From positions 1 through 5,527 of IMG/VR virus record IMGVR_UViG_3300045988_000440: a DNA stretch of 5,527 nucleotides; one strand, given 5' to 3'. Below the pieces are notes generated by a model that was not told the origin of the DNA, searched no databases, and saw nothing but the letters and a program-made list of their open reading frames with translations. The position numbers and the translations under genes were made by a program. Positions within the stretch are counted from its first letter, which is position 1. Each line of letters starts with the position of its first letter. This document shows positions 1 through 5,340 of this stretch, piece after piece. This DNA comes from a virus.

Positions 1-33
1 TTGTGCAACTTTTTGTGGAAAACCTGTTGAAAG
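1..33. repeat. Terminal direct repeat: bases 1-33 are identical to bases 5495-5527. This is the circular-permutation overlap of a 5494-nt circular genome.
   Basis: The string ttgtgcaactttttgtggaaaacctgttgaaag occurs at 1-33 and again at 5495-5527, which is the last 33 nt of the window. Gene content is a full microvirus complement with no host flanks. Confidence 0.9.
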
Positions 34-51
34 TGTTGAAAGTGTTGAAAA
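25..51. repeat. Three tandem 9-bp repeats, tgttgaaag / tgttgaaag / tgttgaaaa. They belong to a larger family of GTTGAAA(G) iteron-like motifs in the junction-spanning intergenic region.
   Basis: Copies were read directly at 25-33, 34-42 and 43-51. Related copies lie at 5380-5386, 5455-5461, 5463-5469 and 5521-5527. Confidence 0.8.
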
Positions 52-60
52 CTGTAATTA

Positions 61-135
61 AAGGCAGTCCGGCGAGCGAAACCGGAAAGTTACGTCATGC
101 TCTTCGTACGGCGCACCGCGCCTAGCGCATGGCCT
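61..135. other. GC-rich island inside an A/T-rich intergenic region, with two short perfect hairpins (ccgg-cgagcgaaa-ccgg at 69-85; ggcgc-acc-gcgcc at 110-122). It may be a structured RNA or DNA element involved in ori, packaging or regulation.
   Basis: The stretch aaggcagtccggcgagcgaaaccggaaagttacgtcatgctcttcgtacggcgcaccgcgcctagcgcatggcc is markedly more GC-rich than the flanks. The inverted repeats were read by eye. No ORF with a start codon and RBS is present. Confidence 0.4.
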
Positions 136-159
136 TCTAGAATAAATTGCAAAAAACTA

Positions 160-187
160 TTGACAAATCCCAAAAGTGTGGTATAAT
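160..187 (+). promoter_or_regulatory. Near-consensus sigma70-type promoter: -35 TTGACA (160-165), a 16-nt spacer, an extended -10 TGgTATAAT (179-187), and a predicted transcription start near 194-196.
   Basis: Read directly as ttgacaaatcccaaaagtgtggtataat. Both hexamers match consensus perfectly and a TGn extended -10 is present. The element sits immediately upstream of the first small gene. Confidence 0.75.
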
Positions 188-214
188 ATAATCAAAGAAA
201 GGCAGGTAATAAAA

Positions 215-400
215 ATGAGAAAACCTAGACTGAACGAAAACACCATAGCAAAACTCGAAATCTACGGACAAGCAAAAAGCGGCAAAAACTACTACGAACT
301 AATAGACTACATTGATGAAGCCGGACACTGTTACACAAAGCTTGAATGGACGGACTTAAAAACTGGAGACATTCAAACATTCGACTGGAAAGAGCAGTAA
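215..400 (+). CDS. Hypothetical small protein, 61 aa (MRKPRLNENTIAKLEIYGQAKSGKNYYELIDYIDEAGHCYTKLEWTDLKTGDIQTFDWKEQ). It is the first gene of the A/T-rich accessory cassette.
   Basis: The ORF-track entry 176..400 begins at a GTG that overlaps the -10 box. The first ATG is at 215 and is preceded by the RBS gaaagg at 198-203 with an 11-nt spacer. The ORF ends at TAA 398-400. I recognise no family. Confidence 0.55.
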   Translation: MRKPRLNENTIAKLEIYGQAKSGKNYYELIDYIDEAGHCYTKLEWTDLKTGDIQTFDWKEQ

Positions 401-415
401 AGAAAGGAACATAAA

Positions 416-586
416 ATGCTATACAACGTAAGACTCCACAACTTCAAAGGATACTACAACGACACATATATGGTTGAGGCAGATGACCCGGTACAGGCAA
501 GAGGAGTAGCAATCATGAGACTGGTAGAAGAAACCGGAACCGGACTCGACCAGTGGGAAATCATAGACGTAGAAAAGAGGGCTTGA
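416..586 (+). CDS. Hypothetical small protein, 56 aa (MLYNVRLHNFKGYYNDTYMVEADDPVQARGVAIMRLVEETGTGLDQWEIIDVEKRA). It is below the cut-off of the ORF track.
   Basis: ATG at 416-418 is preceded by aaagaaaggaac (RBS aagga, 8-nt spacing). It follows directly after the stop of the upstream ORF. Its own stop, TGA 584-586, lies in the loop of the downstream terminator hairpin. It has the same codon and A/T bias as its neighbours. Confidence 0.5.
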   Translation: MLYNVRLHNFKGYYNDTYMVEADDPVQARGVAIMRLVEETGTGLDQWEIIDVEKRA

Positions 587-602
587 CAAGCCCTCTTTTT
601 TT
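576..602 (+). terminator. Rho-independent terminator: an 8-9 bp GC-rich stem (agagggctt / aagccctct), a tgaca loop and a 7-T tract.
   Basis: Read as agagggcttgacaagccctcttttttt. The stem arms are perfect reverse complements and the U-run follows immediately. It closes the two-gene unit driven by the promoter at 160-187. Confidence 0.75.
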
Positions 603-610
603 AGTACAAT
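583..610 (+). promoter_or_regulatory. Second near-consensus promoter embedded in the terminator: -35 TTGACA (583-588, which is the hairpin loop and right arm), a 16-nt spacer, and -10 TACAAT (605-610).
   Basis: Read as ttgacaagccctctttttttagtacaat. The hexamers match at 6/6 and 5/6 with consensus spacing. It is followed by the RBS gagggggg (619-626) and the ATG at 632. Confidence 0.55.
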
Positions 611-631
611 AAAAGCAGAGGGGGGACAAAA

Positions 632-838
632 ATGTACGATAGAGCATATTATGAACTGTATAAAGGATACAGAGGACCGGAAACACCGAACGAATGTGAA
701 TATTTCATCCGGAAACTTTACAGACAGCTCAAAAGAGCGTATACTGTAGAGGAGGCGAAAGCCATCATCGAAGAAATCTACAAATACAAAAACCAAAAGG
801 CAGAAATGGAGGTGAAACAGTGGCAATCATCAGTGTGA
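632..838 (+). CDS. Hypothetical small protein, 68 aa, rich in Tyr, Lys and Glu (MYDRAYYELYKGYRGPETPNECEYFIRKLYRQLKRAYTVEEAKAIIEEIYKYKNQKAEMEVKQWQSSV).
   Basis: ORF-track ORF with a strong RBS, agaggggggacaaaaATG. It is A/T-rich like the upstream cassette genes. I recognise no family. Confidence 0.55.
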   Translation: MYDRAYYELYKGYRGPETPNECEYFIRKLYRQLKRAYTVEEAKAIIEEIYKYKNQKAEMEVKQWQSSV

Positions 839-931
839 AGAGTATCGAGAAAGCCATCAAAATCATGATGGACATTCTCGAAAAACTGGACGAAATTTAT
901 CACGCGCTGCACGACAAGGAGGATGACAGCA

Positions 932-1051
932 ATGGCAAAACGCACGAAGATGACCAGCAGTAAAGACAAAAAAATCTTTACCCAGACGGCAAAAAAGACC
1001 AAGGCCGTCAACGTCAGTCCGAAGAACATGAGAGGAGGCACCAGACTGTAA
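932..1051 (+). CDS. Small, highly basic DNA-binding protein, 39 aa (MAKRTKMTSSKDKKIFTQTAKKTKAVNVSPKNMRGGTRL). It is the likely analogue of phiX174 protein J / gokushovirus VP8 (ORF8) and is not in the ORF track.
   Basis: ATG at 932 is preceded by AAGGAGG (916-922) with 9-nt spacing. The protein has 12 Lys/Arg and 1 Asp in 39 residues. The stop TAA (1049-1051) overlaps the next start as TAATG. The size and charge are those of microvirus DNA-condensing proteins. An alternative in-frame ATG at 923 sits too close to the SD to be favoured. Confidence 0.6.
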   Translation: MAKRTKMTSSKDKKIFTQTAKKTKAVNVSPKNMRGGTRL

Positions 1052-1293
1052 TGCTGAGACATTATTATGCAATCTATGACAAGGTAGCCAAAACCTTCAG
1101 CGGCCTTTTCGAGCAGCAGAACGATGCAGTTGCAAGCAGGCTCTTCGAAAGCCAGCAGAAGAACAAGGACAGCTTTATCAGCGTCAAGCCGGAAGACTTC
1201 CGGCTGCACTACATCTGCACCATGGAGGACGAGACCGGCGAAATCGTCGATAACGTCAAAACGTGCGTATGTGAGGGCAAACCCAATGAGTAA
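1051..1293 (+). CDS. Hypothetical 80-aa protein in the position occupied by VP5 in VP4-VP5-VP3-VP1-VP2 type gokushoviruses. It is a candidate DNA-packaging / ssDNA-synthesis accessory protein.
   Basis: It is translationally coupled upstream (TAATG) and downstream (ATGAGTAA, an 8-nt overlap with the next gene). An RBS ggagg lies at 1033-1037. The VP5 call rests on position and size only, not on recognised sequence similarity. Confidence 0.5.
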   Translation: MLRHYYAIYDKVAKTFSGLFEQQNDAVASRLFESQQKNKDSFISVKPEDFRLHYICTMEDETGEIVDNVKTCVCEGKPNE

Positions 1294-1762
1294 GTTTCGA
1301 AGCGCGTACAGCGGACAGGTAAGGCATACGAGCCTGACCGGCAACGGCCACGAGCCGGAATATGAGTACAAGGTAACAGACGAAGGCCGGGAACTGGTAA
1401 AAACCGGCGAAACAGACGTCTATGCACTCATTCAGAGTCGTCTGGATGAGACCAAAATCGAGAACATCATCAAACGGGCAACGTATGACCCGACTGCACT
1501 GGGCAGTCAGGACTGGCAGACCAGCGAGACGATGACCGATATTTCGGACGCACCAACAAACTACCACGAGTGGTATGGGCGTATCAAAGACGCGGAAGCC
1601 GAGTTTGACAAACTGCCCATCGAAATCAAAAACAAGTGGGACAATGATGTAGAAAAATACATCATGGCCTATGGAACCCAAGAGTGGGCAGACAAAATGG
1701 GCATAGCAAAACAGAAAGCCGAAGCGGAAAAACCGGCTGAAAAAAGTGAGGTGAAAGAATGA
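1286..1762 (+). CDS. VP3-like internal scaffolding protein candidate, 158 aa (MSKFRSAYSGQ...KSEVKE).
   Basis: The real start is the ATG at 1286, with a gaggg RBS at 1272-1276. The first 54 codons of ORF-track entry 1124..1762 overlap the upstream gene in another frame and are Arg/Ser-rich out-of-frame sequence. The ORF ends in an ATGA overlap with the VP1 start. It is acidic. Its size and its position directly before the major capsid gene fit the gokushovirus VP3. Confidence 0.5.
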   Translation: MSKFRSAYSGQVRHTSLTGNGHEPEYEYKVTDEGRELVKTGETDVYALIQSRLDETKIENIIKRATYDPTALGSQDWQTSETMTDISDAPTNYHEWYGRIKDAEAEFDKLPIEIKNKWDNDVEKYIMAYGTQEWADKMGIAKQKAEAEKPAEKSEVKE

Positions 1763-3408
1763 ACCGCAACAGTGAATACAACTTTGCACAAAATCCGCAG
1801 GTCGGAGTAAGCCGCAGCCGATTCCAGCGCAACAGCGACAACAAAACGACCTTCAACACGGGCGACCTCATCCCAATCTATCTGGATGAGGTGTTGCCGG
1901 GTGATACGCACCAAATCGACGTTGCCTGTGTCATGCGAATGGCGACACCCATCTTTCCTGTGATGGACAATGCCTACTGCGACTTCTACTTTTTCTTCGT
2001 GCCTAACCGCTTGCTCTGGGAACACTGGAAAGAGTTTATGGGCGAGAACAAGGAAACCGCATGGACACCTAAGACGGAATACAGTGTGCCGCAGGTAACG
2101 GCACCAGCAGGCGGATGGGAAGAAGGTACGCTGGCGGACTATCTGGGACTACCTACCAAAGTTGAAGGCATCAGCGTAAGCGCTCTGCCCGGTCGAGCAT
2201 ACGGCCTCATCTACAACGAGTGGTTTCGAAACCAGAACGTCACGCAGCCAACGCTCGTAGAGGTGACAGACGCAACAACGACCGGCAAAAACGATGGCAG
2301 CGGTACCAACGACAGCGCTATCACGCTGGCAAAGCCTCTCAAGGCAGCGAAGGTGTTTGACTACTACACCGGAGCTTTGCCGGAACCGCAGAAAGGCGAG
2401 CCAATCACGATTCCGCTAGGCGGAAACGCACCGATTTACGGTTTTAAGGACATCGCCTTAACCCAAAAAATCGAGGCAAACCCGTCGTCTCTCAACAGGA
2501 TATGGACGAGTAAACCGGGCGGAGATGGGAAAAGTCTCATCTATGAGGACAGCGGGGCGACCAACAAAGGACAGATTGGGTTATACGAATTTGACCAATG
2601 GGGCAACTACAACGGGAGCGGAATCTTGGGTGCAGACCTCAGCAACGTCACGGCAACAACCATCAACCAGCTCCGTCAGGCATTCCAAATTCAGAAGCTG
2701 CTCGAAAAAGATGCACGAGGCGGCACGAGATACCGCGAGGTACTGCGCGAGCACTTCGGGGTTATCTCTCCTGACTCTCGTATGCAGATTCCGGAGTATC
2801 TGGGCGGCTACAGACTGCCTATCAACGTGTCTCAGGTTATCCAGACCTCTTCGAGCGACGACACGAGTCCGCTGGGCAACACAGCGGCGTTGAGTGTAAC
2901 CACCATGAATAAACCTATGTTTACCAAGTCCTTTACTGAGCATGGCTTCATTATGGGTCTGGCAGTCGTCCGTACCGACCAGACCTATCAGCAGGGTATC
3001 GAGCGCATGTGGAGCCGCAAAGGCCGGTATGATTACTACTGGCCGGTACTGGCAAACATCGGCGAACAAGCCATCCTCAACAAAGAAATCTATGCACAGG
3101 GCAACACGAAAGATGAAGAGGCGTTCGGCTACCAAGAGGCATGGGCCGACTACAGGTACAAGCCCAGCAAAGTAACTGGGCTTTTCCGGAGCAACGCAGC
3201 ACAGAGCCTCGATGCATGGCACTATGCACAAGATTACGACGCACTACCCACGCTGAGTACGGCATGGATGGAGCAGACCGACACCGAAATGAAAAGAACA
3301 CTGGCAGTACAGTCTCAGCCGGACTTTATTGCAGACTTCTACTTCATGAACAAAACAACGCGGTGTATGCCGGTGTACAGCATTCCCGGCCTCATCGACC
3401 ATCACTAA
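1759..3408 (+). CDS. Major capsid protein VP1 (Microviridae F-like jelly-roll capsid protein), 549 aa.
   Basis: The N-terminus MNRNSEYNFAQNPQVGVSRSRFQRNSDNKTTFNTGDLIPIYLDEVLPGDTH is the characteristic gokushovirus VP1 start (the S-R-S-R-F...F-N/T-G-D-L-I-P...E-V-L-P-G-D-T motif block). The 549-aa length is typical for VP1. A strong RBS gtgaggtga precedes it. Confidence 0.93.
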   Translation: MNRNSEYNFAQNPQVGVSRSRFQRNSDNKTTFNTGDLIPIYLDEVLPGDTHQIDVACVMRMATPIFPVMDNAYCDFYFFFVPNRLLWEHWKEFMGENKETAWTPKTEYSVPQVTAPAGGWEEGTLADYLGLPTKVEGISVSALPGRAYGLIYNEWFRNQNVTQPTLVEVTDATTTGKNDGSGTNDSAITLAKPLKAAKVFDYYTGALPEPQKGEPITIPLGGNAPIYGFKDIALTQKIEANPSSLNRIWTSKPGGDGKSLIYEDSGATNKGQIGLYEFDQWGNYNGSGILGADLSNVTATTINQLRQAFQIQKLLEKDARGGTRYREVLREHFGVISPDSRMQIPEYLGGYRLPINVSQVIQTSSSDDTSPLGNTAALSVTTMNKPMFTKSFTEHGFIMGLAVVRTDQTYQQGIERMWSRKGRYDYYWPVLANIGEQAILNKEIYAQGNTKDEEAFGYQEAWADYRYKPSKVTGLFRSNAAQSLDAWHYAQDYDALPTLSTAWMEQTDTEMKRTLAVQSQPDFIADFYFMNKTTRCMPVYSIPGLIDHH

Positions 3409-3419
3409 AGAAAGGAGAC

Positions 3420-3444
3420 AGCCGGGGCAAAACCCGGCTATTTT
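3420..3444 (+). terminator. Hairpin (7-bp stem agccggg/cccggct, 6-nt loop) followed by a short T-run, between VP1 and VP2. It is either a partial intrinsic terminator or attenuator, or a structure that brings the upstream SD (aggag, 3413-3417) to within about 12 nt of the VP2 start.
   Basis: Read as agccggggcaaaacccggctatttt. The arms are perfect reverse complements. Only 4 U follow the stem, so this is a weak terminator. VP2 has no SD within 5-12 nt linear distance. Confidence 0.5.
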
Positions 3445-3449
3445 AGTAC

Positions 3450-4256
3450 ATGTCATTTTTAGCAGCACTAGCAACAGGAGCAAAAGTACTAGGTGGCGTA
3501 AGCGGCCTCATAAACGCCGGAACAGGCATCTTCAACGCGCTCAAAGGCACATCCGGCAGCGGAGCAACAAGCTCAAGTGGATACCAGACAAGCCAAGGCG
3601 CAAGCGGCTCAACCATGACCGGCGAAAGCGGCGTAAATGTTGACCAAACAAAAGACCTAGCCAAATACTTCTTAGGACAGAGCCAGCAAGCACAGGGCAT
3701 GCAAAGCCTACAAAACAACAAAAACAGTCTCACGGCACTGGGATTAAACACACTAGGAGCTATCCAGCAGGGCATTTACAATCGTATCCAGCAAGACGCA
3801 GCAATGTCCTACAACTCCGCAGAGGCAGCAGCAAACCGGGCATGGCAGGAGCGTATGAGTAACACAGCATACCAGCGCGGCATGGCCGACATGAAAGCGG
3901 CAGGGCTAAATCCCATACTGGCCTATGCACAAGGCGGGGCAAGCACTCCAACGGGAGCACACGGAACAATCGGGCAGAGCAGCATAAGCGCGCCGAGCGT
4001 TGGAACGCAGTCGGCAAGTATGCCGACGATCTCCGGCACAATGGCAAACTATAGCCGTCAAAAGGCCGAAAGCTGGTCGTGGACGGACTCGCACGGAGAA
4101 CAGCACAGCAGCGGTTACAACAGCTATCAGACGGACTTCCCGGACTTGACCGGATGGCTCAACCAAAACAACAACAGCGGCAAAAGCACAGCAGCCGGAG
4201 GCGGCAAAAAAGACAAACAAGGCTTCGGCGGCAGCAAAGGAGGCAGTTTTAAATGA
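3450..4256 (+). CDS. VP2 DNA pilot / minor capsid protein, 268 aa.
   Basis: The protein is rich in Gly, Ser, Ala and Gln, with the N-terminus [28 protein letters not shown] and a Gly/Lys-rich C-terminal tail. It lies immediately downstream of VP1 and is coupled to VP4 by an ATGA overlap. The composition and location are those of gokushovirus VP2. Confidence 0.8.
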   Translation: MSFLAALATGAKVLGGVSGLINAGTGIFNALKGTSGSGATSSSGYQTSQGASGSTMTGESGVNVDQTKDLAKYFLGQSQQAQGMQSLQNNKNSLTALGLNTLGAIQQGIYNRIQQDAAMSYNSAEAAANRAWQERMSNTAYQRGMADMKAAGLNPILAYAQGGASTPTGAHGTIGQSSISAPSVGTQSASMPTISGTMANYSRQKAESWSWTDSHGEQHSSGYNSYQTDFPDLTGWLNQNNNSGKSTAAGGGKKDKQGFGGSKGGSFK

Positions 4257-5275
4257 GTTGCGCAAGACCACTCATCAGAATATACAATCCGAATGACCAC
4301 AATATAACAGGGTCAATCATGACCTTAGAAACATACCGCGAAAGAGCACACAATCCAACAGCAACGTATGAGAGCCTCGCATACCGCACAGACGTAATGC
4401 TACTGCCATGTGGCAAATGTCTCGGATGCAGACTCAGACAGCGGCAAGACTGGGAGACGCGAATGTTGATGGAGTCAAAAACACTGACGCCGGTATGGTT
4501 TTTGACGCTGACGTGGAATCAAGAGTATGTGCCGGGAATGGTAAGAGAAACAGGCGAAATCATAAGAGGTGCAGTGCATCAGTGGACGACCGGAGACGCA
4601 CCGGAAGTGGTGCAAATTCTCCTACAAGAGGACATGGTACGCTTTAACAAGAGGCTACGCAAAAAGCAAGAAATGTCCGATAAATGGGGCTTAGACCTGA
4701 GATATTTTTATTGCGGCGAATACGGAGAAAACACGGGCAGACCGCATCACCACGGCATTTATTATGGGCTGGAGATACCAGACCTCAAGAAAAAAAGAGG
4801 TAATAATCCGTACTTCGAAAGCGAAGAGATAAACAAGATATGGGGCATGGGTAACGTCATCATCGCAGAAGCATCACCGGAAACAATGGCTTATGTAGCA
4901 GGATATGTAACCAAAAAAACATACGGCAACGACAACAAAAGGTATAGAGAGTTAGGCTTAACACCGCCATACTGTTGTATGTCGAGAAATCCGGGTCTGG
5001 GGTATGACTACTACACGAGCCATAAAGAGCAGATGTACGCAGATGATGGGCTATACTTCAACGGTAAAAAAAGGCCGATACCAAGGTACTTTGATAAAAA
5101 ATACGAAGCAGAAAACCCGAAAAGCCTATGGAGCATAAAAGAAAAACGACAGTCGAGCGCAATAAACGCCTTAAAACTCAAAATGGCCAATACAGGATTG
5201 ACCATAGAGCAGGAAGCAAAAGTAGAGGAAGAGACAAAGAAACAGAGATTTAAAAAAGCCAGAGGGCTATTATAG
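4253..5275 (+). CDS. VP4 replication initiation protein, a rolling-circle HUH endonuclease of the phiX174 gpA superfamily, 340 aa.
   Basis: The N-terminus MSCARPL is followed by a Cys cluster ([22 protein letters not shown]), an HUH motif ([11 protein letters not shown]) and a double-tyrosine active-site motif ([11 protein letters not shown]). An AGGAGG RBS lies 8 nt upstream of the start. Confidence 0.93.
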   Translation: MSCARPLIRIYNPNDHNITGSIMTLETYRERAHNPTATYESLAYRTDVMLLPCGKCLGCRLRQRQDWETRMLMESKTLTPVWFLTLTWNQEYVPGMVRETGEIIRGAVHQWTTGDAPEVVQILLQEDMVRFNKRLRKKQEMSDKWGLDLRYFYCGEYGENTGRPHHHGIYYGLEIPDLKKKRGNNPYFESEEINKIWGMGNVIIAEASPETMAYVAGYVTKKTYGNDNKRYRELGLTPPYCCMSRNPGLGYDYYTSHKEQMYADDGLYFNGKKRPIPRYFDKKYEAENPKSLWSIKEKRQSSAINALKLKMANTGLTIEQEAKVEEETKKQRFKKARGLL

Positions 5276-5279
5276 TGTC

Positions 5280-5326
5280 AGTGGGCCTAATCCTATCAAG
5301 AAGAGGATTAGGCCCACTATTTATTT
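5280..5326 (+). terminator. Strong rho-independent terminator after VP4: a perfect 15-bp stem (agtgggcctaatcct / aggattaggcccact), a 9-nt loop, then a T-rich tail (atttatttt).
   Basis: The left arm (5280-5294) and right arm (5304-5318) are exact reverse complements, read directly. The stem begins 5 nt after the VP4 stop codon. An alternative reading is a structured ori or packaging hairpin. Confidence 0.7.
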
Positions 5327-5340
5327 TCGCTTATTATATA

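Noticed and set aside
25-51. Tandem short repeats considered as a possible CRISPR array.
   Set aside because: The 9-bp units are directly abutting with no spacers and there are only 3 copies. This is an iteron-like tandem repeat, not a CRISPR array.
865-963. 32-aa acidic ORF (MMDILEKLDEIYHALHDKEDDSNGKTHEDDQQ) in the gap between the 68-aa gene and the J-like gene, overlapping the J-like start.
   Set aside because: It has no RBS, is very short, and overlaps the SD and start of the basic-protein gene. It could be real but is unsupported.
1124-1285. N-terminal 54 codons of ORF-track entry 1124..1762.
   Set aside because: They overlap the 80-aa gene in another frame, are Ser/Arg/Thr-rich and low in complexity, and have no RBS. 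The ATG at 1286, which has an RBS and a stop/start overlap, is the real start.
778-1371. 197-aa minus-strand ORF with a long hydrophobic stretch (possible membrane protein).
   Set aside because: It is antisense to the J-like, VP5-like and VP3-like genes. Microviruses transcribe only one strand, and no promoter or RBS is evident. Hydrophobic antisense frames are a common artefact opposite coding sequence.
2525-3446. Plus-strand ORFs embedded in VP1 (2525-2893, 2942-3175, 3141-3446), and 4408-4647 embedded in VP4. These are possible overprinted genes like phiX E or K.
   Set aside because: They have no SD or start context and are Arg/Ser/Thr-rich out-of-frame sequence with no TM or other motif. 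They are kept only as a negative result for the lysis-gene search.
1256-4271. Several long minus-strand ORFs (1256-1789, 1669-2025, 2581-3231, 3443-3775, 3760-4047, 3906-4271).
   Set aside because: All lie antisense inside VP3, VP1 and VP2. They are Arg/Cys/Leu-rich in the way typical of non-coding frames and have no start context.
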